The translations under genes and the position numbers were made by a program. A DNA stretch of 64,000 nt from Octopus vulgaris (Eukaryota): NCBI GenBank assembly GCA_951406725.2, contig OX597814.1, forward strand, positions 33,604,001 to 33,668,000, in the 5' to 3' direction. Position 1 is the stretch's first letter. Each line of letters opens with the position of its first letter. The notes beneath the pieces were generated by a model. It ran no database searches. It worked only from the letters and a program-made list of their open reading frames with translations, and was not told where the DNA came from. Shown here one piece after another: positions 1-13,093 of the stretch.

Positions 1-440
1 TGAGTGATCAAGCGAGTGAATGAGTGAGTGATTGAATGAATGAGTGAGTGATTCAGTGAATAAGTTAGTGAGTAAGTTATGAGCGAGGGGAGAGAGAAGG
101 AGTGAGTGAGTGAGTGATCGAGTGAGTGAGTAAGTGAGTGAGCGAGTAAGTGAGTGAGTGATCAAGCGAATGAATGAGTGAGTAAGTAAATGAATGAGTG
201 AGTGATTGAGTGAATAAGTGAGTGATCGAGCGAGTGAGTGAGTGAGTGAGTGAGTGAGTGAGTGACGAAGTGATGAGCGAGGGGAGAGAGAAGGAGTGAG
301 TGAGTGAGTGAGTGAGTGATCAAGCGAGTGAATGAGTGAATGAGTGAGTGATTGGGTGAATAAGTGAGTGATCGAGCGAGTGAGTGAGTGAGTGAATGAG
401 TGAGTGAGTGAGTGAATGAGTGAGTGAGCGAGTGAGTGAG
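1..440. repeat. Degenerate (TGAG)n tetranucleotide array with a higher-order duplication
   Basis: TGAG runs; the block atgagcgaggggagagagaaggagtgag recurs at ~79 and ~272. Confidence 0.9.
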
Positions 441-863
441 AGTAGAGAAGGAGGGAGTGTTAATGTGGTATAGGAGCATTTTAAAGGAAGTACAGGTTGA
501 GAAAAAGAATGAGTAGAACGAAGTAGGAAAAGATGAAAACAAAGACGAGGAAAAAGAAGAAAACAGAGCATAAAGAAAGAAAAGAGGAGACTAGAAGGAA
601 AGCTAAAAGGATAAAGAAGAGAAAAAACTATACACAGACAGACACGGCGCATATAGAAATTTAAATGTGGATTGATACATGTATGCATATATGTGCTTCC
701 CTCTGTCTGTCTGTATATGTGCGTGGGTGTGCGTGGGTGCGTGTGTAAATATGTATATACACTCGCATGTGTATGCTTGTATTATGTATATATGTATATT
801 TGTACGAATACATGTATACATGTAAGTTTATATGTTATAAAGAGATAAATGGTTTGGGTCGTT

Positions 864-889
864 AGATAGATAGATAGATAGATAGATAT

Positions 890-955
<66 letters not shown>

Positions 956-972
956 GGATGGATGGATAGATG

Positions 973-1034
<62 letters not shown>

Positions 1035-1038
1035 AAGA

Positions 1039-1074
<36 letters not shown>

Positions 1075-1091
1075 AAGACAGACAGACAGAC

Positions 1092-1139
<48 letters not shown>
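864..1139. repeat. (GATA)n/(GACA)n microsatellite
   Basis: Direct reading; similar tracts at 26402-26490, 35995-36115, 39275-39560 and 57436-57503. Confidence 0.95.
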
Positions 1140-1142
<3 letters not shown>

Positions 1143-1376
1143 GTGATGCGAGAATGTCTGGAGGTGTAAGTAAAGGGGAGAATGAAGATATTAAAGCAGG
1201 AAGATGGGGCTGGAAGGAGGAAGAGAGTGCAAAAGACGCGGGAAGGAAGAGTGAGAGGTGAGTTGGAGTTAATGAGTTAAATAAGAAAACAAAGCTATCT
1301 CAAACGAAGAAGAGTGTTGATAGGGGAGGTAAAGAATGTAAAAGAAAGTAGGTGCAAGCAAAACAGAAGTAAAAAC

Positions 1377-1427
<51 letters not shown>

Positions 1428-1987
1428 AGGGTGAAAGAGAAACAGTGTGAAAGACTGTAGTAAAAGCTTGAAGGCAGAAGAGGTGGCATGCCATGATTAA
1501 ACTGCAGCTAAATTCTACAAAGTGGATTCGTGTCCAGAAGGCCTATAAGATTAATTAAGAAGACAAGAAACCCTACGGATAGAGGTTAGAAGCAGTGGAG
1601 CCTCGTATTCTTGGCGTAGAATTAGAAGCTTGTTTGAAAAAGTGGGTTGGGTAAGAAGGTGCGCATTATTTGAGGCAGATCAGTCCAGCTGCCCGTAGAT
1701 GTCGTTTGGCGTCATGTGAGTGACTAACTGGTTGTGTGACACATGACAACTGCAGGTGGTTCCAACTTCCGAACAGACGTTGTGAAATTTCATTATATAC
1801 AATGTGAATATTTGTGCGAGTGCGTGTACATATATACATGTGTATGTATATATATATAGAGAGAGAGAGATTTATGGGTGGGGGTATTTGTATATGTATG
1901 CATGTATGTTTGTATTCATGTACTTATATTCATATACAGACATGAGTGTGTGTGTATATGTGTGTATATTGAATAAGTGTGTCTTTA

Positions 1988-2119
<132 letters not shown>

Positions 2120-2526
2120 ATATGCATATATTCATAGACATGTATATATGTTAGTATGCATATATTTATGTGTATATATATCATTTTTATATTCAATATA
2201 TACATATATATACATGTAGACTCGCATAAATATACTAACATATATATGTGTATGTTTATAAATAAATATACAAATATAAATATATGTATACGTGTATATA
2301 TTGTAGATGTATATATAATATATGAGAGACATGCAATTATTTAGATATGTTTACATACATACACAGACACGTGCGTACATACATACATACATACATACAT
2401 ACATACATACATACATACATACATACAAACCTGTCCATGTGTGCGAATATTTTACGTAGATTGCATTTTCATCAGAATGTATCACATTCTTAAAATCTGC
2501 ATTCATGCATTTCTTTGATTAATCAT

Positions 2527-2752
2527 GCGAGCTGGCAGAAACGGTAGCACGCCGGGCGAAATGCGTAGCCGTATTTCGTCTGCCGTTACGTTCTGAGTTC
2601 ACATTCCGCCGAGGTCGACTTTGCCTTTCATCCTTTCGGGGTCGATAAATTAAGTACCAGTTACGCACTGGGGTCGATGTAATCGACTTAATCCGTTTGT
2701 CTGTCCTTGTTTGTCCTCTCTGTGTTTAGCCCCTTGTGGGTAGTAAAGAAAT
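2527..2752 (+). mobile_element. tRNA-derived SINE, family D (Meta-domain-like centre)
   Basis: gcgagctggcagaaacg head, B-box-like gagttcacattcc, central gtcgactttgcctttcatcctttcggggtcgataaa; several near-identical copies in the window. Confidence 0.8.
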
Positions 2753-2789
2753 ATACATACATACATACATACATACATACATACATACA

Positions 2790-2820
<31 letters not shown>

Positions 2821-2858
2821 CTATATACATGATTAATATGTGCGTATTTATATGCATA

Positions 2859-3160
2859 GTGGAGGCACATGGCTTAGTGGTTAGAGCAGCGGACTCGCGG
2901 TCGAGGGATCGCGGGTTTCGAATCTAAGACTGGGCGAGGTGTGTGTTTATGAGCGAAACACCTAAGCTCCACGCGGCTCCAGCAGAAAGTAATGACGAAT
3001 TTCTGCTGATTCTTTCGCCACAACTTTCTCTCACTCTTTCCTCCTGCTTCTTGCAGCTCGCCTGCGACGGACCGGCGTCCCGTCCAGGTGGGAAACCTAT
3101 ACGCCAAGGAAACCGGGAAACCGGCCCTATGGGTCAGGCATGGCTCGAGAAGGAACAAAC
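2859..3160 (+). mobile_element. tRNA-derived SINE, family A head with alternative 3' tail
   Basis: A box tggcttagtgg, B box gtttcgaatc; head matches the 6735 copy, tail (ccgggaaaccggccctatgg) differs. Confidence 0.8.
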
Positions 3161-3181
3161 ATTTATATGCATATTTGTATG

Positions 3182-3237
<56 letters not shown>

Positions 3238-3510
3238 GAAAGATAAGTGGAAGAATATGGAAAGAATATATGAGTATACATATACAGTTGCATGTATGTA
3301 TTTGTGTATTCTGTTGCATGTGCATGTGTGTGGGTGCGAGCGTGTGGGTGTGTGGGTGTGTGTGTATTCATATTTCTGCGTATACATATATACAGTTTCA
3401 ACGCACATCGACGAGAGAAATACACGATAAGAATGACAGAGAAGAAAAGCAAAAGAAATAAAACAACGAAAGGTATATATCAGGTAACCGTTATAGATCA
3501 AAGATAAACA

Positions 3511-3656
3511 GACAGACGGACGGACGGACGGACGGATGGATGGATGGATGGATGGATGGATGGATGGATGGACGGACGGACGGACGGACGGACGGACGGA
3601 CGGACGGACGGACGGATGGATGGATGGATGGATGGATGGATGGATGGATGGATGGA
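3511..3656. repeat. (GGAC)n/(GGAT)n microsatellite
   Basis: Direct reading. Confidence 0.95.
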
Positions 3657-3889
3657 TTACTTCTTTCCTTTTTTCCCTCTGCGTTGGTTGCTTCTGAAGT
3701 TGTTGGTGGTGGTGTTGTCTCTGTAATTGGTGGCGCTGATGGCGATGTTGTTTGATTAGGTTAGCTTGTTGGTAGAGCTCTTTCATTTGCTTTATCAGTT
3801 GTTTTGCTGGTGGTGTGGGTAGCAGTGCTGGTTTGCCTTTCGATTTTTGGTTTTGTTACTCTTCCTGTTGTTGTTGCTGTTGTTGTTGC

Positions 3890-3929
<40 letters not shown>

Positions 3930-4019
3930 CTTCTTCTTCTTCTTCTTCTTCTTCTTCTTCTTCTTCTTCTTCTTCTTCTTCTTCTTCTTCTTCTTCTTCT
4001 TCTTCTTCTTCTTCTTCTT

Positions 4020-4470
4020 TTGCTAATTGGCAGTCTTTTTTGAGATGGTATCTGCTGCCACAAAGGTAGCAACGTGGCCTTTTTACTTTCAACGGCCACA
4101 TGTAGGGATGTGCCATGTGGGAGTTGAATCAAATCTGGGAGATTTTCGATTGCCCCTGATTTGCCTGAATCAGTAAATCCAACACCTGTCCAGTTCAATT
4201 TTACTGTTCCAGGACGGCAATTTCTAAGATGTTGTTTTTATCTTCAAAATCATAACAGATGGCTGACACCAGCCATCTTATTTCTATTTCAGGGGGCACA
4301 TCTGGGAATCATTATAAATTCCCTGCATTCCAGGCTTTTTGTAGACTTTCCTTTGCGCGTTCTTCTGTATCAAATCTAACTTCGATCGTGGCAAATCTTT
4401 TGCCTGTTGCAATATATGTTTTAAAAGCCCATATGGGCTGTAGACATTTCTCAATTGTTTCTTGAGTAGC
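4020..4470 (-). pseudogene. Degenerate LINE ORF1 (gag-like) fragment with CCHC zinc knuckle
   Basis: Minus-strand RPRCYLCGSRYHLKKDC (CX2CX4HX4C) preceded, with frameshifts, by PPEIEIRWLV and LPDLIQLPHG; abuts the (CTT)n/(GTT)n tract 3866-4019. Confidence 0.6.
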
Positions 4471-4569
4471 CTATTCTAATCTTTGTGTGTGTGTGTGTGT
4501 GTTCAGGGCTTTGTAAATAATAGTTTTTGGGGAAATGTCTTGCAAAATGCTTTGTGGGGTGTTCAGTTT

Positions 4570-4945
4570 AATGGCCCAGTGGTTAGGGCAGCGGACTCGC
4601 GGTCATAGGATCGCGGTTTCGATTCCCAGACCGGGCGTTGTGAGTGTTTATTGAGCGAAAACACCTAAAAAGTTCCACGAGGCTCCGGCAGGGGATGGTG
4701 GTGATCCCTGCTGTACTCTTTCACCACAACCTTCTCTCACTCTCTCTTCCTGTTTCTGTTGTACCTGTATTTCAAAGGGCCGGCCTTGTCACTCTCTGTG
4801 TCACGCTGAATATCCCCGAGAACTACGTTAAGGGTACACGTGTCTGTGGAGTGCTCAGCCACTTACACGTTAATTTCACGAGCAGGCTGTTCCGTTGATT
4901 CGGATCAACCGGAACCCTCGTCGTCGTAACCGACGGAGTGCTTCC
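4570..4945 (+). mobile_element. tRNA-derived SINE, family A
   Basis: Near-identical to the copies at 6735-7120 and 14677-15049; A and B boxes in the head. Confidence 0.9.
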
Positions 4946-5567
4946 TCCCCTCCCCCTCCCTGGTTCTGTCTTAGTATAATAATTGTTTACTTTGTAGAAG
5001 TTGAGAAGGACATTAAATATTTCTTTTGCTTTAATACAGAAGCAAAATTATTTAGTTTATCTGTGACAGTGTTGTTGGTGGTGGCGGTTTTCGTGACAGA
5101 AGTGAGTGGTGCTGAAGAAGTGATAGTCGTGATTGCACTGCTCATTGTTTTATGAGTGTCTTCATTGTTTCCCCTCTCCTTCCCACTTGTTCGGAAGAAA
5201 AGCTTGCTGTCGTTATTCCAAAATGTGTGTGAGGGGGAGAGACAGAGACAGACAGATAGACAGACAGACAGTGTATCAATGTTTTGACTGTTATTCCAAG
5301 TTTTCGTTGATGGCATTGGTGGAAATTCCAATTCTAATTCAAAGACGGGAACGTTGGCAGTCTTAGAAGGACTGTTCATTTTTCCATACAGATGAAAAAA
5401 AAAAAATTATGAAATAAGATTTGAAAATTTGAAAATTCACCCTTAAAGGGTAAATTCTCAAGCGAAAGCCTCGCTCGAGGTCATGCAAATGTTGTTAGGC
5501 ACCATTTCAACAGAGATAAATACAGATACACAGCTGATAGATAGACATACAGATAGACAGATAGACT

Positions 5568-6009
5568 CATACATACATACATACATACATACATACATAC
5601 ATACATACATACATACATACATACATACATACATACATACATACATACATACATACATACATACATACATACATACATACGTACATACATACATACATAC
5701 ATACATGCATACATGCATACATACATACATACATACATACATACATACATACATGCATACATACATACATGCATGCATACATACATACATATATACATAC
5801 ATACATACATGCATGTATACATGCATACATACATACATTCATACATACATACATACATACATGCATACATGTATACATGCATACATACATACATACATGC
5901 ATACATACATACATACATACATACATACATACATACATACATACATACATACATACATACATACATACATACATACATACATACATACATACATACATAC
6001 ATACATACA

Positions 6010-6042
<33 letters not shown>

Positions 6043-6339
6043 GCATACATGCATGCATACATACATGCATACATGCATACATGCATACATACTTACATAC
6101 ATACATACATGCATACATACATACATACATACATGCATACATGCATACATACATACATGCATACATGCATACATACATACATACATGCATACATGCATAC
6201 ATACATACATACATACATATATGCATACATGCATGCATACATACATGCATACATGCATACATGCATACATACTTACATACATACATACATGCATACATAC
6301 ATACATACATACATACATACATACATACATGCATACATG

Positions 6340-6370
<31 letters not shown>

Positions 6371-6493
6371 GCATACATGCATGCATACATACATACATAC
6401 ATGCATTCATGCATACATACATACATACATACATGCATACATGCATACATACATACATACATACATACATACATACATACATACATACATACA

Positions 6494-6522
<29 letters not shown>
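5568..6522. repeat. (CATA)n/(CATG) microsatellite with a 180-bp higher-order duplication
   Basis: The 60-nt lines starting at 6061 and 6241 are identical, including the rare acttac variant. Confidence 0.95.
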
Positions 6523-6524
<2 letters not shown>

Positions 6525-7870
6525 GGAGACAGGCTATACTTCCAACGCAAGGACGGTGGCCGTGGTCTGATATCTGTATTATATTAATGTTATATGAATA
6601 ACGTATTATGACACTGAAACAATATCTGCAACAGATGAAAGGGACGAGTAACTACATTTCCCAAGTTTGTGACATAAAATCAACAACATAATTAGAATAG
6701 CTAAAGAACTTGAGGAGAGACATACATTAAGAACGGTGGAGGCGCAATGGCCTAGTGGTTAGGGCAGCGGACTCGCGGTCGTAGGATCGCGGTTTCGATT
6801 CCCAGACCGGGCGTTGTGAGTGTTTATTGAGCGAAAACACCTAAAAGCTCCACGATGCTCCGGCAGAGGATGGTAGTGATCCCTGCTGTACTCTTTCACC
6901 ACAACTTTCTCTCACTCTTACTTCCTGTTTCTGTTGTACCTGTATTTCAAGGGGCCGGCCTTGTCACTCTCTGTGTCACGCTGAATATCCCCGAGAACTA
7001 CGTTAAGGGTGCACGTGTCTGTGGAGTGCTCAGCCACTTACACGTTAATTTCACGAGCAGACTGTTCCGTTGATTCGGATCAACCGGAACCCTCATCGTC
7101 GTAACCGACGGAGTGCTTCCAACCACATTAAGAACTAGTACAGATCTCTCACCAAGGAACATAGGTAAAGTCAATTTATCAAAAGTGCAAAATAAAAACG
7201 ATGTACCAGTTCACTGAGAAAATAGTACATGGTTACATGGGATGAAAAACACAAACCATAGAAGGGATTGATCATGTCAAAAGCTTGACATGGAGTACTT
7301 CCATGCAATTCAAGAACAACAGATCCCCAAAAAGTACCTACATAAAAGGCGGAAAACATTGACAGACAATAAATATAGGTTGTGCAAAACCAAGTCTGAA
7401 GGCATCAACCCCTTATTGCCAACTGCACGAGCATTCCTTCTAGATATTATCTTCCCATGAGGCATGATATTGTGGCCAGAAATGCCTGTAACATAATAAC
7501 GAAAAAGAAAACACCTACAGAAGTTGACTATATTGAGACTGATGGGTCAAAAGAATATTTATGGAACTTGAAAATTATAACAGCCTCCAAGTTAAAACAC
7601 AACCGACCAGATATTTTTGTGCAAGACCACAAGGAAAAGATATGTTTAGTTATGGAAATCAGTTGTCATCTGGACATCGGTGTTGACAGAAAAATACAAG
7701 AGAAAGAGGACGTCAATGGGCCATTGATAAAGAGTTTGCAAATCCAGTAACCAAGAAACACTTTCAGCTTCATATCTATTATTATAAGAACCACAGAATA
7801 TATGTCATCCCTTCTAGAGTAAAAAAAAAATGGCAGAATTTGGATTCTTGGGGAGAGAACGCAAGTCCTT
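6525..7870 (+). mobile_element. R4/Dong-type (RLE) non-LTR retrotransposon 3' fragment, interrupted by a SINE
   Basis: RLYFQRKDGGRGLIS; later RHDIVA and KHNRPDIFVQDHKEKICLVMEIS (restriction-like endonuclease motif); stops and frameshifts. Confidence 0.8.
6735..7120 (+). mobile_element. tRNA-derived SINE, family A, with target-site duplication
   Basis: Full-length copy; acattaagaac on both flanks. Confidence 0.92.
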
Positions 7871-8201
7871 AATAAGTCCTCCATAAATCCTAAATCTTAT
7901 GTTGGAATTTATAGGAGCAACTGTTTTTGAAGACACATATTGTCGTTGAATGCTCGAAATGGGGAGTAGAGAGACAGCCGACAAGTGATGAAGGGTCGTT
8001 CTCTTTGTCTACTTGTCCTGTTTTCCATTTTTTCTCTCGTTGTTTGCGTATTTAACTCGTTTGTTTTCGTTTGTTTACACAGTTGGTGTATATATGTATG
8101 TATGTCGCGACTAACCACCCACATCCAACGAAGAGGACTGTTTCACTGACCTGGACCGCCGACCATCCCCGTGGACGCCTGCCCCCGGCCAGTTCCTAGC
8201 A

Positions 8202-10090
8202 GTGGATCTTTTCGCGGGCGCTTGTCAGCGTGCATTGGAGCGGTTCAACTTCTCCAGGCGCCAACGCCGCCTAAACATCTCCCCGGCCGAGCTCTCGGCT
8301 CTTCGTTCCCTCCAACGGCGTGCTGACATTATCATCAAACCGGCTGACAAGGGTGGAGCTGTAGTGGTGTGGCGCGCGGACCTCTACAGGGCCGAGGCTC
8401 TCCGCCAACTCAATGACACCTCCTTCTACTCCCCTCCGTTTTCTAACCCCACACGTAGCTACCAACAGACGGTATTCTCTACTGTCCGCGACCTCATCTC
8501 GTCCTCCCGTCTCTCCCACACCGCATCCAACCTAATTGTGCGAACCCCACGTACCCCCACCATTTACTTCCTCCCCAAAATCCACAAACCCAACAACCCT
8601 GGCCGCCCCATCGTCTCCGCCTGTAACTGCCCCACGGAGCTCATCTCTAAATACCTCGACCGTGTCCTTGCCCCCTAGTGGCGTCTCTTCCTTCCCACAT
8701 CCACGATACCAACCATGCTCTCCGGCTTTTCAACTCTTTCTCCTTTCCTCCCGGCTCCTCCGAAATCCTTTTTACTATGGACATTCAGAGCCTCTATACC
8801 GTTATCCCTCACCACGAAGGACTGCAGGCACTTCAACACTTTCTCGACCTCCGCTCCAACCCTGAACCTGACACCTCCACACTCATTCGTCTGGCCGAAC
8901 TTGTCCTTACTCTTAACTGCTTCTCGTTCACGGGCGAGTTCTATCATCAGGTCTCGGGAGTGGCCATGGGAACGCGAATGGGCCCCAACTATGCGAACCT
9001 GTTCGTTGGCTATGTTGAGGCCCAAATATTCTCTAATTTCACTGGTCCCACTCTTGAACTATATGGTCGTTACATTGACGACATTATCGGTGCCACCTCA
9101 CTCTCCCGTGAACATCTAGATTCCTTCCTCTCTTTCGTTCAATCTTTCCATCCAGCCCTCCACTTCACTTCCACTATCTCCAACACCTCTGTCTCCTTCC
9201 TCGACATTTCGGTTAGCATTCTTCACTCCACTCTTACCACCTCCATTCACTACAAACACACAGACTCTCAACTTCTCTTCCTCCCACCCAGAACACACCA
9301 AGCTTTCCAACCCCTATTCCCAATTCCTCCGTCTACGTAGGCTCTGTAGTGACGACCATGACTTTGAGACTCAGTCTCAACGTATGGCTCACCACTTCAT
9401 CCTATGTGGATACCCCCTCACCACTATCCACACCGCCCTTGCCAGAGCACGTTCCGTGGACCGTGTATCTGCTCTCTCTCCCCGAACCCTCCCTGTAGTC
9501 TCCCGCCTCCCTTTTCCCTCACTTACCACCCCACGACCCTACCTCTCCAACGCACCATTCTTCGAGCTTTCCGTCATCTCCAGTCCGACCCGTCCACTTC
9601 ACACCTCTTCCCTAACCGACCCCTCCCCTCTTTCAAACGAGCCCATAACCTTCGAGACCTTTTGGTCCATAGCTCCTTCCCTGACCCTACCTCCCAATCT
9701 GGCTCGTTCCCCTGCTCCCGCCCACGTTGCCGCACTTGCCCTTACCTCTCCAACACCACCCTCCTCACTGGCACCCATCATCGACCCTATCGCATCATCA
9801 ACTCCTTCACCTGCACCTCCAGCAATATTATATATTGCGTCTCTTGCTCTCTCTGCCATTCCCTATACATCGGACAAACGGGACGCCGCTTGGCTGACCG
9901 GTTCGCGGAACACCTCCGTGACATCCGCCTTGCGAACGACACACCGGTCTCACGCCATTTCCGCTCCACCGGTCACTCCTTGCAACACCTGTCTGTGTTC
10001 GGTTTGTCCTTACACAGAGGCCATCGGATTCTCGTTTGCGCCGTGAACAGGAATTAATCTTCTCTCTTCGCTCTTATACGCCATTTGGTC
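8202..10090 (+). pseudogene. PLE reverse transcriptase / GIY-YIG endonuclease ORF broken by frameshifts
   Basis: Continuous homology across ORFs 8202-8678, 8678-9340 and 9404-10057 in different frames. Confidence 0.9.
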
Positions 10091-10729
10091 TCAATTCTCT
10101 CCCCCCTCCTCACCTAACCCACTCTCCCCCTCCTCATCTAACCTCCCCCCGACCCCTACTTCTCTTCAGTCCTTCATCCTTTCACCCCTACTCCTCTTCC
10201 CTTCTTCCCTCTTTCTCCCTCCCTCCTTCTTCCCTCTTCTCCTTCCCTCTTTCTCTCTGCTCCCTTACTCCCCTTCTCTCTCTCTCTCCCCCTCTCCCTC
10301 TATCCTCCCTCCTCCTCTCCCCTCCTCTCCCCTCCTCTTCTCCTCTCCTTCCTTCTCCCCCTTCCCCCTCCTCTTCTCCCCTTTTCCCCTCCCCCCTCCC
10401 TCTCTCCCCCCTTACCCCCCCTCTTCCCTCATCTCCTCTCTCTACACTACACCATACGACTTTACACATCACATCATATATACATACACACGTCCAGACC
10501 TCTCATAGGCACTAATACTCTCTCATACACACACACACACGCTTCTCATACACACACACACACTCTTATGTTGGAGCGAGGTCATTTAACCCTATTATCT
10601 CCCCTAATTTCGCTCTTGCGTCTCACGTTTGATCTTTGACTTCTGGCCGAAATCAGATCGCCATATTGATTCGCTAGCCTCTGCACGCATTTTTTTTCTC
10701 TCCTTCTTTCTGTGTTTCTTCTCTGTGTA

Positions 10730-10767
10730 TCTTTCTGTTGAAGAGCGTAGGCTCGAAACGTTAAAGA
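10730..10767 (+). ncRNA. Minimal type I hammerhead-like motif, variant core CUGUUGA
   Basis: tcttt-CTGTTGA-a-gagc(gtag)gctc-GAAA-cg-TT-aaaga: stem I 5 bp, stem II 4 bp, palindromic AACGTT stem III, located in the PLE 3' region. Confidence 0.7.
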
Positions 10768-10980
10768 CTTGTTTTATTTATATTTCCTGAGCGCCATACT
10801 AATGCAATTGTTTATTTGTATTCCACCTGCCTTCGTCTTTTGTTTATTTCCGTAAACCTGCCTTCGTCTTTTGTCTATTTTCATAAAGCTTCCCGTTATA
10901 TATATATATATATATACATACAAACATACATACAAACATATATATATATATATATATATATACATACAAACATACATGCA

Positions 10981-11015
<35 letters not shown>

Positions 11016-11660
11016 TATTTATATTATTATTTAATTGAACGCCACACATCCATTTCCAAGTAAGTTTATCTTAACCTGTTTGTTGCGACTCTTCTCTTTA
11101 CTATTTTCTTCCTCCATCCTTCTCTAATTTCCTTTTTCTCCCCTTCACTGTTTTCTATTTATCTCTCTCTCCCTCTTTTTCTATTTCTCTCTCCCTCTCT
11201 CGTTGCTCACACGCGACCATCGTCCATCTTTCTTTTCCTCGCGTGATCATCTTTCTTTTCCTGCATGGATGTTCAAAGGACTGGACGTTTTCTATCTCTC
11301 TCCTGACTTTTCTCTTTTCAAAGAAAACATTTCTCCCAGCGTTCACTATTTTCCTCTCGTTCTGGTCTAACGACCCTCCATGTATGTTTTCGTTCGGATT
11401 CCTTGTATGTCTCCACTGTCCTGTTTTTGTTCTCAACTTTGACTCTCCATAAATCCTTAATTTTATTTTGGCACGTATGAGAGAAACTGTCTTTGAAGAC
11501 TCATATTGTTGTTGAATGTTCAAAATGAAGAGTAGATAGACAGCTTGCAAGTGACGAAAAGTCGTTTTCTGTGTTTACTTGCCATGTTTTCCATTTTTTT
11601 TCTCTCGTTGTGTATTTAACTCCTTTGTTTTCGTATTTCATGTTATTTACACAGTTCGTG

Positions 11661-11706
<46 letters not shown>

Positions 11707-12002
11707 AGAAGGTGAATGGATTATCCTAGTATGGATAATTCAATTAACCGATACCTGGGTAGCAAATTCACGTCATATGCCAAGGGCAGGGATCCCGTGT
11801 TCTCGTGTGTAAATTTGTGTTTTTTTCTCCTCCCAACCAAATTTGAACTCTTGAACTCTTTAGAACATTCTCCATCCAACCAACTTTGACGTCATTGCTT
11901 ATAACGGGATATTTTAAAGAAACACTCATTATTACTGTGGACATCATGTGAGCAGTCATTTAAAAGTTTTTGCTCTTCATGGTGCTGACATAAGTTCCTG
12001 GT

Positions 12003-12085
12003 CTTTCCTGATGAGATGGCGGCATAAAGCACCCTTTATTCCTTCGGAATTAGGAATATGCAGCCTTCGAAACATGTGTCGAGAG
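12003..12085 (+). ncRNA. Type I hammerhead ribozyme with canonical core and extended stem II
   Basis: ctttc-CTGATGA-gatggc...gccttc-GAAA-ca(tg)tg-TC-gagag; GUC triplet, predicted cut after 12080. Confidence 0.75.
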
Positions 12086-12127
12086 CAAAGGAATTTTGTT
12101 AAAATCGTCGTTCGACTCCATTCTTTC

Positions 12128-12174
<47 letters not shown>

Positions 12175-12237
12175 GCGCCTCTCTCTCTCTCTCTCTTTCT
12201 CTCTCTTGCAATATACATGTCTCGAGTAAGTCTCCAA

Positions 12238-12334
12238 GTGCAGGCGTGGCCGTATGGCAAGTAGCTTGCTTCCCAACCTCATGGTTCTGGGTTTAGTCAC
12301 ACTGCGTCGCACCTTGGGCAAGTGTCTTCTACTA
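12238..12334 (+). mobile_element. SINE family B 5' fragment
   Basis: Matches the head of the 62087 copy through gcaccttgggcaagtgtcttctacta. Confidence 0.7.
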
Positions 12335-12689
12335 TCTCTCTTTTCACTTCCTATGAATGTTTGTGGGTGTGGATGTAGATGTGTGTGTGTGTGTGCGTGC
12401 AGTGGGGGGGGCGCAACCAGGGTAACTGGGGCTCGATTTCACCCACGGTACTAAAGGGAAATGTTTCTAGGTCGATTTTGTATTATCCGAATGATTGCTG
12501 CACATGAATGTCCAAAAAGTCTTATGACGCGCAGTGTCAAGCTGAATCTATCTGAGAATGAAGTCCAGGGTTCGAATCTCAGTGAAACACTGTTACTTAC
12601 AATATCGATAGTTCAGGAAATCGAACATATAGTTTGAATACTCATCGCCAAACTCATCGTTCGACAGACACATCATTCGTATATCATTT

Positions 12690-12874
12690 ATCTTTTAGAT
12701 TTTTTTCATGAGACTGCGGCCCTGCTGGGGCACCGCCTTGAAGAATTTTAGTCAAACGAATCGACCCGAGGGCTTATTTTGCTTTAAGGCTGGTACTTAT
12801 TCTATCGATCCATTTTGCTGAACCACTAGGCTACGGGAACCGGCTGTCAAGCAGTGATGGGGACAACCACACAC

Positions 12875-12930
<56 letters not shown>

Positions 12931-13093
12931 GACGACCTTCCTTCAATTTCCGTCTGTCAAATTAACTCACAAGGCTTTGGTCAACCCGAGGTTATAACAG
13001 AAGACACTTGTGCAAGTTGCCACGCAATGAGACTGAACCCAGACCCATATGGTTGGGAAGCAAACTTCTTATCACACGGCCACACCTGCGCCT
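12690..13093 (-). mobile_element. SINE family B, diverged
   Basis: Reverse complement of the family B head, central TA tract and tail. Confidence 0.75.

Larger units (their letters stand above)
8125..10897 (+). mobile_element. Penelope-like element (Neptune-type), 5'-truncated, with HHR-bearing 3' terminal region
   Basis: RT motifs IKPADKG, YFLPKIHK-GRPIVS, MDIQSLYT, GVAMGTRMGP, YIDD; Cys linker CSRPRCRTC; GIY-YIG IIYCVSC..YIGQTGRRLADRFAEH; ends at a TA tract. Confidence 0.92.

Noticed and set aside
5458-6601. Long ORFs of 200-370 aa (HTYI/MYVC repeats)
   Set aside because: Translations of the (CATA)n microsatellite
7875-11655. Direct repeats 7875-8085 and 11445-11655 as pseudo-LTRs of the enclosed PLE, with a TTGAAGA..GAAA motif
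   Set aside because: The copies are much more diverged from each other than the PLE ORF appears decayed, and are separated from it by TA/CATA tracts; stems II and III of the motif do not pair convincingly. Probably two old copies of another family
12528-12585. tRNA gene (ggttcgaatc B box)
   Set aside because: No complete cloverleaf; likely a decayed SINE head. The tRNA-like heads of SINE families A-D were likewise not called as tRNA genes
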